From a virus (taxonomy: Duplodnaviria; Heunggongvirae; Uroviricota; Caudoviricetes), in the IMG/VR virus record IMGVR_UViG_3300025782_000009: a stretch of DNA of 64,000 nt; one strand, written 5' to 3'. The position numbers were made by a program, and so were the translations under genes. Each line of letters starts with the position of its first letter. Position 1 is the first letter of the stretch. The notes under the pieces are model-generated. The model was not told where the DNA came from. It worked only from the letters and a program-made list of their open reading frames with translations, and did not search any database. Positions 1 through 6,430 of this stretch are shown one piece after another.

Positions 1-369
1 CCTGACTTTTCGTCCAAATCCAACCGCTAAATCCGCCGTATTTGACGTTTGTATGATCTTTTTACCCGGATATCTACCCAAAAACCAGCTCGGCAACAAA
101 TAACTCGCAAATTCCGACTTCGTATGACGCGGAGCCATATTAATAATCAGCCGTTTTATCTTCCCCGCAGCTATCTCTTCAAATTTTTTAGCAACCAACG
201 CATGATGCCTCCCAGGAATAAACCCCGGCCACATCATCTTTACATAATTCAAAAACTTTTCCTGAGCCTTCTCCCTCTCCATCGCCTCCTTATAAACTTG
301 GAAGTCGTAAAACAACTTCTCCTGCTCGTTTATAGGCAGTTTCGAGATCAACTCAGCTATATCACTCAC
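1..369 (-). CDS. terL: Terminase large subunit, N-terminal part; the CDS continues beyond the window start
   Basis: Hand translation of the reverse strand gives VSDIAELISKLPINEQEKLFYDFQVYKEAMEREKAQEKFLNYVKMMWPGFIPGRHHALVAKKFEEIAAGKIKRLIINMAPRHTKSEFASYLLPSWFLGRYPGKKIIQTSNTADLAVGFGRKVR. The FIPGRHH and INMAPRHTKS (Walker A-like) motifs are typical of the TerL ATPase domain. The GTG start at 369 overlaps the stop of the upstream gene (GTGA). Confidence 0.7.
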   Translation of the reverse strand, partial: MSDIAELISKLPINEQEKLFYDFQVYKEAMEREKAQEKFLNYVKMMWPGFIPGRHHALVAKKFEEIAAGKIKRLIINMAPRHTKSEFASYLLPSWFLGRYPGKKIIQTSNTADLAVGFGRKVR

Positions 370-710
370 TCAACGTTCCTAAAATTTATATAAACCGGGC
401 GAATACTCCTCTTACCCTTCACCTTCTTTAAAACGCCAAGCTCAATCAACCGATCAACCATATGGCTCGTACTCCCAATACTCTTAACCCCCCTCTGATT
501 ACATATATCTCTTATAGACGGGCTACATCCAAACCTCTTCCACCACTCATCCACCACTATAAATACTTCCCTTTGCGCCGGTGTCATATCTTCCTCCAAA
601 CATTTTTCAAAAGTCGTCCGCTTTCTAACCGCCATTTTGCGATTTATTAATAACTTCGTTTCCAAATCACTTCGTTTTATCTTCATATGTAATACTTTTG
701 GGGGGGACAA
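366..710 (-). CDS. LexA-N-terminal-like winged-helix DNA-binding protein with no peptidase domain. The true start is probably the internal ATG at 587 (72 aa), which follows a GGAGGA Shine-Dalgarno; the track start at 710 is a TTG
   Basis: TPAQREVFIVVDEWWKRFGCSPSIRDICNQRGVKSIGSTSHMVDRLIELGVLKKVKGKRSIRPVYI aligns in pattern with the LexA N-terminal DNA-binding domain (LTxRQxEVxxxI...PSxREIxxxxGxxSxxxxxxHLxxLxxKGxI). It sits between terS and terL. Confidence 0.5.
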   Translation of the reverse strand: MSPPKVLHMKIKRSDLETKLLINRKMAVRKRTTFEKCLEEDMTPAQREVFIVVDEWWKRFGCSPSIRDICNQRGVKSIGSTSHMVDRLIELGVLKKVKGKRSIRPVYINFRNVE

Positions 711-759
711 TTATAACCGTTATAATTGTCCCTAAAAAAGTTCTAATATATACCCCCCC
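700..759. promoter_or_regulatory. G7 run, 29-bp perfect palindrome (GGGACAATTATAAC-C-GTTATAATTGTCCC), C7 run. Candidate operator or packaging-initiation element between terS and the winged-helix gene
   Basis: Read directly from the sequence. The 14-bp arms are perfect reverse complements, and the flanking GGGGGGG (700-706) and CCCCCCC (753-759) runs can extend the stem. Confidence 0.4.
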
Positions 760-765
760 ATGTAA

Positions 766-1470
766 TCAAAAAGGTTTCGATAAGGGGGTGTTTTCTGTGG
801 ATTGATCGCTTTCTGGGGGTAAACTTTTTGATGGGGGTAGGGTGTCTGGAATAGTATGTAGCTCACCAAGGGACTCCTGAACGCCTAAAGGGGTGTGTGG
901 GGTGCTCGATGCTGCTCCGGATAATTCGTCAAGGAGTAGGTCAACTTCTTTCACGTCAACGTCAATAGCTTGGCTCTTCATCATAGTCTTAAGCTCATCC
1001 ATTAGCTTAGATCTAGCGTCGGCGCTATTAGTAATGTGCGTTACTTCCTTACGTTCGGTAAACGCTGAGACTTCGGTTACTGTTCCGAGTACTTTGCTTG
1101 CGTTGATCTTTGCACTGTGTGAGGCATCAGGGTCAATGATGACCTGAACCAGTGATTGAATAACAAGCGCCCTTAATTGTGCAGGAGTACGATGTTTTTC
1201 CGCCTCTATTGCTAGCTTATAGGCTTCTAGTTCAGCTTGAATTCTGTTATCAGCTTTGAGCCTACTAGCATTGTCTCCTATTGTTTTGGGTGTTCCGTTA
1301 GTATCGTATGCCTGGCGGTAGGCATCTGCTCCCGTCATACCGAGAGCCAAACCCTTTGCAAATTCTTTCTGTTTTGTGGTTAGTTCACCGGGAACGTGAA
1401 GTATTTGATCTATTGGTATCTGGGTTAGACCTTCCTTTACCTGCTTTCTAGTTAGTTTCTTAATAGTCAT
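766..1470 (-). CDS. terS: Terminase small subunit
   Basis: LTTKQKEFAKGLALGMTGADAYRQAYDTNGTPKTIGDNASRLKADNRIQAELEAYK matches the Terminase_2 / P27-family TerS helix-turn-helix signature. It lies immediately upstream of terL in the same orientation. Confidence 0.75.
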   Translation of the reverse strand: MTIKKLTRKQVKEGLTQIPIDQILHVPGELTTKQKEFAKGLALGMTGADAYRQAYDTNGTPKTIGDNASRLKADNRIQAELEAYKLAIEAEKHRTPAQLRALVIQSLVQVIIDPDASHSAKINASKVLGTVTEVSAFTERKEVTHITNSADARSKLMDELKTMMKSQAIDVDVKEVDLLLDELSGAASSTPHTPLGVQESLGELHTIPDTLPPSKSLPPESDQSTENTPLSKPF

Positions 1471-1705
1471 ACTTACCTACTGTCTGAGTTAATGTATTAG
1501 ACGTTGATTATAGGGGAACATGCAGAGAAACTGCAACGCTTCGCTATGAATACAAGCGGGCGTTAATCAATTAGTACTTTCGTTCTACGGGTTTCCGATT
1601 AGAAAATAATTGGTTGAATAGTTGCGAAGTGAATAAAAGTATGCTAAGCTACAACGTATCGTAATTAAGCGAAACAAAGTAAACCAAACAACTAAAGGGA
1701 TTCAA

Positions 1706-1918
1706 ATGTTATTAAAAGCACGTTTCACAATAAATGTAGAAAAACTCAACGCTATCGTTGACCAGTACAACCAAACAAACGGCGTAGTTAAGTTTCTAAC
1801 TCAACCAGTATTTACTAGCAATAGCGAAGTAGTAGGCGAACAAAATGAGATTATGTTCTTTATCGGGTTTGTTGCAGGGCTCGGAGTACACGACCTTGAG
1901 CATGTAGCAAAGGCTTAA
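1706..1918 (+). CDS. Hypothetical early protein (70 aa)
   Basis: ORF with the upstream motif aaagggattcaaATG. It is the first gene of the plus-strand early operon. Confidence 0.5.
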   Translation: MLLKARFTINVEKLNAIVDQYNQTNGVVKFLTQPVFTSNSEVVGEQNEIMFFIGFVAGLGVHDLEHVAKA

Positions 1919-1919
1919 A

Positions 1920-1969
1920 GGTTAACTGACGAGACTTGAATAGTCGAAACCGCTCCGGCGGTCTTAACC
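1920..1969 (+). ncRNA. Hammerhead self-cleaving ribozyme, type I (copy 1)
   Basis: GGUUAA (stem I 5' strand), CUGACGA core, G, stem II GACU-ugaau-AGUC, GAA, A15.1, stem III CCGC-uccg-GCGG, U16.1, C17, then UUAACC (stem I 3' strand). All invariant core positions are present. The predicted cleavage site is after the GUC triplet, between 1963 and 1964. Confidence 0.7.
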
Positions 1970-1988
1970 AACTAAAAGGAATTTAAAA

Positions 1989-2303
1989 ATGATGGATTAT
2001 CTTTATATTGGCTCAACGCCACATGATGAGGATTGTGCCCAGGTAGGCTCAGAGGATTATGCCAACCGTGCTCGCGCAGAATGCCGGCTCTTTGCTTTGC
2101 AGATACTTAAACACTATCCCGAGCCCGAAAATGGTTATTTAAAAATAAAAGCTAACGCCCACGACTTTGGCACTTATTACGAAGTGGTAGCAGTTTATGA
2201 CGTAGAGGACGAAAAATCTACGAATTGGGCTTTTGATATTGAATCCGATACTTTGCAAGTACTGGCAAAGTGGGATGACGAACTACAACCACAAACCGCA
2301 TAA
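1989..2303 (+). CDS. Hypothetical early protein (104 aa)
   Basis: ORF preceded by the aaaaggaatttaaaaATG Shine-Dalgarno, 20 nt downstream of the hammerhead. Confidence 0.55.
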   Translation: MMDYLYIGSTPHDEDCAQVGSEDYANRARAECRLFALQILKHYPEPENGYLKIKANAHDFGTYYEVVAVYDVEDEKSTNWAFDIESDTLQVLAKWDDELQPQTA

Positions 2304-2314
2304 GGAATTACAAA

Positions 2315-2503
2315 ATGATAACACTATCAACCGAAACCCCTCAAAGCTACTTCACACCTAAACAAGCTCAATTTATTTGCTATCAAAACAATGCGGATGA
2401 GTTAGATGGTTGGACATACAAAGTAGAAGATGTAAACAACTCTAAAGGGTTATTAGTAATCCGTGTTTATGACGAAACCGGACACCCTTTGGGATATTTC
2501 TAA
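2315..2503 (+). CDS. Hypothetical early protein (62 aa)
   Basis: ORF with the coupling motif taaggaattacaaaATG. Confidence 0.5.
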   Translation: MITLSTETPQSYFTPKQAQFICYQNNADELDGWTYKVEDVNNSKGLLVIRVYDETGHPLGYF

Positions 2504-2555
2504 GGTCTACTGACGAGGCTTAATTAGCCGAAACCGCTCCCGGGCGGTATAGATC
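2504..2555 (+). ncRNA. Hammerhead self-cleaving ribozyme, type I (copy 2)
   Basis: GGUCUA, CUGACGA core, G, stem II GGCU-uaauu-AGCC, GAA, A, stem III CCGCUCCCGGGCGG, U, A17, then UAGAUC. Compensatory changes relative to copy 1 preserve stems I and II. The predicted cleavage site is after GUA, between 2549 and 2550. Confidence 0.65.
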
Positions 2556-2576
2556 AACTTAAAAGGAAATAATCAA

Positions 2577-2813
2577 ATGTATATACCAAAAAAAGCTTTT
2601 AAAGATATCAACGACCGATTAGAGCACGGCGATACTTATTTGGACTCAATCAAATACACCGCCTATTTTTACGGGTTCGAGCCCTCAGAGCTCCGCACGG
2701 CCTACGAGAAAAGAGCCTACCGCTCCGAGCTCCTTAGCAACACCGCAACCGCATTAGGAATGCTTGCAATTTTCCTTTGCCCGGTAATTTTCTATTTTGT
2801 TGCCAGGGGTTAA
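2577..2813 (+). CDS. Hypothetical early protein with C-terminal transmembrane segment (78 aa)
   Basis: ORF. The C-terminus ALGMLAIFLCPVIFYFVA is hydrophobic. An aaaaggaaataatcaaATG Shine-Dalgarno precedes it. Confidence 0.5.
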   Translation: MYIPKKAFKDINDRLEHGDTYLDSIKYTAYFYGFEPSELRTAYEKRAYRSELLSNTATALGMLAIFLCPVIFYFVARG

Positions 2814-2815
2814 AA

Positions 2816-3091
2816 ATGAAAGCATACATTCGCACCTATAACTTAAGACCTGACGGAGCAAAGGATTGTTTTACAACTGTCTCAGCCCCGGTTAAATCCG
2901 AGCCCCTAGCCTGGCAACTACTGGGACTGCAAGCTACCCGCTCGGGTTATGGCTCTAAGATACCGACCCAATACAAAATCTTATTAAATGGGAAATGGCG
3001 GCGAGTATATAGCGCTATTTTCTCAAATATTGGAACGCTTTACATTGGTAAATTATCCGATCGGCTAATTGTTGACATAGAAAGGGCTTAA
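2816..3091 (+). CDS. Hypothetical early protein. The track ORF 2777..3091 probably starts at the internal ATG at 2816
   Basis: Start MKAYIRTYNL at 2816 follows the ggggttaaaaATG coupling motif. Confidence 0.45.
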   Translation: MKAYIRTYNLRPDGAKDCFTTVSAPVKSEPLAWQLLGLQATRSGYGSKIPTQYKILLNGKWRRVYSAIFSNIGTLYIGKLSDRLIVDIERA

Positions 3092-3093
3092 AA

Positions 3094-3348
3094 ATGTACT
3101 GTTTAATTCAAGATAAACACGGCGATATTCTCGCTCAATACGTCCTTGACGATACCGACCCGCTAGATTGTGACTATTACGCCGAACGATTTGGCAATTC
3201 GCACGGCGTAGAGCTTGACGGTGAAACCCCCGGCGCAATGATACCGGACGGCGGAGAGGATATCAGAGTCACGTTATTAGAAGACCCAAACAATCCAGTA
3301 GTAATCTGGAACTCACACAATTACATCATTAAAAACGAGGAATACTAA
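3094..3348 (+). CDS. Hypothetical acidic early protein (84 aa)
   Basis: ORF with the gggcttaaaaATG coupling motif. Confidence 0.5.
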   Translation: MYCLIQDKHGDILAQYVLDDTDPLDCDYYAERFGNSHGVELDGETPGAMIPDGGEDIRVTLLEDPNNPVVIWNSHNYIIKNEEY

Positions 3349-3351
3349 ACC

Positions 3352-3798
3352 ATGAAAAACCAAATTATCAACGCACTTTATAACTTCGCCAACAAACGCC
3401 CAGGACTAGAGCCACGCAATTACATAAGGGACTACCGCGACTCAGAAGGGCTGGCAACTTACCGCAGGGAATCCAGGAGCATAACTAAAGACTTGAACCA
3501 TGCCCGCGCACTACTTCGCCGCCTGGAACTTTCAGGCATTACCGCCGAGGAAATAATTGAGGCATCAAAGGAGGCATTTTCCGGGCGGTTAACCATTACC
3601 GCCACAAATGACGGGATTGTGAAAATCAATTATTGCGTAGGTCAATACTTCCCTACCGAGTACCGCAAAGCAGTAGCCGCCGTTTGTGCTCGAGCTTTAT
3701 GGAACTATTGGCGCGAAGATTCAAAGACCGCGGACAGTATTCGCAACACCGCCCGCCGTGAACTTCCCCGCGCTATCGCTCGCGCATACTTTAATTAA
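3352..3798 (+). CDS. Hypothetical early protein (148 aa)
   Basis: ORF tightly packed after the previous gene. Confidence 0.55.
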   Translation: MKNQIINALYNFANKRPGLEPRNYIRDYRDSEGLATYRRESRSITKDLNHARALLRRLELSGITAEEIIEASKEAFSGRLTITATNDGIVKINYCVGQYFPTEYRKAVAAVCARALWNYWREDSKTADSIRNTARRELPRAIARAYFN

Positions 3799-3807
3799 GG
3801 TCTACCA

Positions 3808-3975
3808 ATGTATAAAGTAATTGAAAAGAATAACCCGCTCGCCGTACATTGTATTTGTGACACCCTGGCACGCGCCGAGCATTGGATTAAACACACCGCC
3901 CCGGAGTATTGCTCAAAGGGTTATTTTATAAATAAGACCTTGAACCCGGAAAGTTTCACAATTAAAAAGGCTTAA
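3808..3975 (+). CDS. Hypothetical small protein (55 aa), below the ORF-track cutoff
   Basis: Hand-translated as MYKVIEKNNPLAVHCICDTLARAEHWIKHTAPEYCSKGYFINKTLNPESFTIKKA. Preceded by the taaggtctaccaATG motif. Confidence 0.4.
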   Translation: MYKVIEKNNPLAVHCICDTLARAEHWIKHTAPEYCSKGYFINKTLNPESFTIKKA

Positions 3976-3978
3976 ACC

Positions 3979-4110
3979 ATGTACACAGTAACCTACAAAG
4001 ACACAGGCGGCGGGCTATTCGGCGATTCTATGGAAACCCGCACATTCTCAAAATATCAAAGTGCCCGAGTATTCGCCCGGGTAAAACGCGGAACTATAAC
4101 AAAGGTTTAA
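3979..4110 (+). CDS. Hypothetical small protein (43 aa)
   Basis: Hand-translated as MYTVTYKDTGGGLFGDSMETRTFSKYQSARVFARVKRGTITKV. Preceded by the aaaaaggcttaaaccATG motif. Confidence 0.35.
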   Translation: MYTVTYKDTGGGLFGDSMETRTFSKYQSARVFARVKRGTITKV

Positions 4111-4112
4111 AA

Positions 4113-4286
4113 ATGCAATTTAAAGAATTAAAAGCAGATCAAAAATTTTACGACTTAAACAGTGGAGAATATTTTTTAAAAGTATGTCAAAACTGTGCGG
4201 AATGGTTACCAAATTCTCATCACCAATCCGGTCAATTAGTTACTTTTGATGAGGATGAATTTGTTGATTTGGTTTTGGAAAAATAA
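4113..4286 (+). CDS. Hypothetical small protein (57 aa) with a CxxC pair, in an AT-rich island
   Basis: Hand-translated as MQFKELKADQKFYDLNSGEYFLKVCQNCAEWLPNSHHQSGQLVTFDEDEFVDLVLEK. Confidence 0.4.
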   Translation: MQFKELKADQKFYDLNSGEYFLKVCQNCAEWLPNSHHQSGQLVTFDEDEFVDLVLEK

Positions 4287-4300
4287 CACAAGGGAAAAAA

Positions 4301-4471
4301 ATGAAAACTTATGAAGTACATGCAACAGTAACAGAAGTTTATATTATTGAAGCCGATAACTTTGATGATGCTATTGAAAAAGCATCAGAAATGAGTAGCC
4401 CAACTTATACAAACTCGCAAGGGTTTGATTATGTAATTGATCGGGAAACTAGCGAAGACTTATTTTTATAA
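4301..4471 (+). CDS. Hypothetical small acidic protein (56 aa), in an AT-rich island
   Basis: Hand-translated as MKTYEVHATVTEVYIIEADNFDDAIEKASEMSSPTYTNSQGFDYVIDRETSEDLFL. Preceded by an agggaaaaaaATG Shine-Dalgarno. Confidence 0.4.
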   Translation: MKTYEVHATVTEVYIIEADNFDDAIEKASEMSSPTYTNSQGFDYVIDRETSEDLFL

Positions 4472-4492
4472 TTTTGAATTGAAGGCTAACAA

Positions 4493-4660
4493 ATGAAAAC
4501 ATTATTCCATGACGAATTACACGCACACCGTACCGCTCGCCGAGCTCAGGAAACCCAGCCAGATAAAAAATTCATAGTTGACCAAGTTATTTGGGGCTAT
4601 AACGCCGCCTGGATTATTTACATTTTGGACACCGATGACCGCATTGTCGGACGCCTCTAA
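4493..4660 (+). CDS. Hypothetical small protein (55 aa)
   Basis: Hand-translated as MKTLFHDELHAHRTARRAQETQPDKKFIVDQVIWGYNAAWIIYILDTDDRIVGRL. Preceded by a gaaggctaacaaATG Shine-Dalgarno. Confidence 0.4.
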   Translation: MKTLFHDELHAHRTARRAQETQPDKKFIVDQVIWGYNAAWIIYILDTDDRIVGRL

Positions 4661-4689
4661 TTTTCACAATCAACAAAAAGGAATTACAA

Positions 4690-5049
4690 ATGGGATATTT
4701 TTCTAAAACATGCGCTAAAACTAACATGCCAATAGTTGCAAAAGATCGAGGATGGCCGCTATTTCACCAAGTAGTTGCGCTCACCCCTGACAAAATTGTG
4801 CGCGGTTCTTATGATGGATATGGTCGCGTTGACGGGGAAGACTTGCAGGAAGTATGGGACAAAGTAAAAATTGTTTTAAGTCACGCATACGAAGGGGAGA
4901 CCTACGACCAACTGGCAAAATCGGGTCAGGAACTGGGACAGGGTTATTTTATGGCGGATGAATTTTTAAGGGTTTGCACTTTTAAAAAATCTTTTAAGAA
5001 TTACGCGGAATATAAAAGAACATTTAAAAAACACGCTAACTGGATCTGA
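4690..5049 (+). CDS. Hypothetical early protein (119 aa)
   Basis: ORF with an aaaaaggaattacaaATG Shine-Dalgarno. Confidence 0.55.
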   Translation: MGYFSKTCAKTNMPIVAKDRGWPLFHQVVALTPDKIVRGSYDGYGRVDGEDLQEVWDKVKIVLSHAYEGETYDQLAKSGQELGQGYFMADEFLRVCTFKKSFKNYAEYKRTFKKHANWI

Positions 5050-5094
5050 TAACCCATTTTTCACGCCTGAGTCAGGCTTAAAGGAACTACTACT

Positions 5095-5412
5095 ATGAAT
5101 TATTTAAAATATTTCCCCGACTATGACGGACTACTTCCCCAGATAGATGGATTCAAAGATTCATCCTGGCCCGATGATATATGCCCAACCCTGGAGTACA
5201 AAATCAACGACAATCATTATTTAAAAATATTTAGTGATTATGTAGACCCAACACGGCGCGAAGTGGGCGGCCTTAGGTTTTCGGTATCCCTAGGAAATAC
5301 TGACGAACTAAAACCGATTTACACTACCGAGTCAGAGTCACTATTAAAAGCATACATCAAAGGGTTTATTGAGGCCATTGATAATGTACTAGAAATCTAC
5401 CTAAATGATTAA
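5095..5412 (+). CDS. Hypothetical early protein (105 aa)
   Basis: ORF with an aaaggaactactactATG Shine-Dalgarno. The palindrome GCCTGAGTCAGGC lies just upstream. Confidence 0.55.
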   Translation: MNYLKYFPDYDGLLPQIDGFKDSSWPDDICPTLEYKINDNHYLKIFSDYVDPTRREVGGLRFSVSLGNTDELKPIYTTESESLLKAYIKGFIEAIDNVLEIYLND

Positions 5413-5602
5413 AGCATTATTCACGATTGATCTAATAGAGGACGAGGACGGGAAAGTCCTTGTTCGTTCTGAATATACTGGCACGGGTCAGGCTGTGGAG
5501 GAAATAGGGCACGATATCCTCAGGCAATTACTATTAGCCGAGTCCATTAGTGGCGGAAATATAACAGTCCAAACCCTCCACTACTTAGCTCATATTCAAT
5601 AA
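5405..5602 (+). CDS. Hypothetical early protein (65 aa), last gene of the plus-strand early operon
   Basis: ORF overlapping the previous stop (ATGA). Confidence 0.45.
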   Translation: MIKALFTIDLIEDEDGKVLVRSEYTGTGQAVEEIGHDILRQLLLAESISGGNITVQTLHYLAHIQ

Positions 5603-6430
5603 TTGGGTCAGGCTTAGACCTGATTTAAGCAGTCCCTGGCGCTTGTGCGCGTCATTAAAATCTTCTCCTACTACGGGGCTAATCCAGTACGGAGCACCGA
5701 TTTCCTTAGCTATTCTCTCCCCCGTACCGCTCGCGTCATTGTCAGCAATCACCACGATTGGGTCAGGCTTCAAAGATTCTGCAATCTTTTTTACATTGTG
5801 CGCGGAAAAACACACATGGATTGTGTACTTCCTCTTCATGTGCTTGAGCACCTTACGAACCGATAACCCGGTCGCATAACCCTCACACAAAATATGTGGG
5901 CCTTGATTGTCAATTACAAACTCTGCCAGGCTAGTGCGTTGACCGTACAAGAATTTCTTATCTCCTGATTCGTCAATCAACTGACAACCGACAATCAACC
6001 CAGCCACGCGCATTGGCACAACCAATAGCTTTTCCGAGTCACAAGCATAGATCAACCCCTCCTCATCCTCAAACCCTTTAGCCTTTAAGTATGGATGAGT
6101 ACCGAGCTGGCACTTGGATATGATTGAGTCAACCTTAGCCTTTGCCTCCTGGTTTAATCTAATTCGATCCTGATCTACCTTGTGCAACTGAGCTCTGAGT
6201 TTAGCTGGGTCAGTCTTGATGCTTGAGTCAGAGTTCCAAATTGATACTTCTGTATCTGTCGCATGATTCTGGACAAATGCCATATCACCCATAAACTTAA
6301 CCGCACCATTACGCTTGTTTGGATGATCCTCTGTTGGGTATCTTTTCCATACGCCTATTGGTGGCATCTGATTCACGAGTATCCCGTGCGCCTTACAAAA
6401 ACTAAGCAGATCCATTGATTCTCTCTCCAA
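5585..6430 (-). CDS. DNA primase, TOPRIM domain (DnaG-like or phage/plasmid type)
   Basis: The TOPRIM signature is present: ILCEGYATGLSV (conserved Glu) and VIADNDASGTG (DxD). It is the last gene of the leftward operon, following the helicase and methyltransferase. Confidence 0.6.
   Translation of the reverse strand: MERESMDLLSFCKAHGILVNQMPPIGVWKRYPTEDHPNKRNGAVKFMGDMAFVQNHATDTEVSIWNSDSSIKTDPAKLRAQLHKVDQDRIRLNQEAKAKVDSIISKCQLGTHPYLKAKGFEDEEGLIYACDSEKLLVVPMRVAGLIVGCQLIDESGDKKFLYGQRTSLAEFVIDNQGPHILCEGYATGLSVRKVLKHMKRKYTIHVCFSAHNVKKIAESLKPDPIVVIADNDASGTGERIAKEIGAPYWISPVVGEDFNDAHKRQGLLKSGLSLTQLLNMS
5609..5625. terminator. Candidate bidirectional terminator hairpin between the convergent operons
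   Basis: TCAGG-cttaga-CCTGA stem-loop followed by TTTAAG, located between the 3' ends of the plus-strand gene ending at 5602 and the minus-strand gene ending at 5585. Confidence 0.3.

Noticed and set aside
49-393. Plus-strand ORF of 114 aa at the left edge
   Set aside because: Low-complexity translation, antisense to a clear TerL N-terminus (FIPGRHH ... INMAPRHTKS) on the minus strand.
462-650. Plus-strand ORF of 62 aa
   Set aside because: Antisense to the LexA-like winged-helix CDS, with no Shine-Dalgarno.
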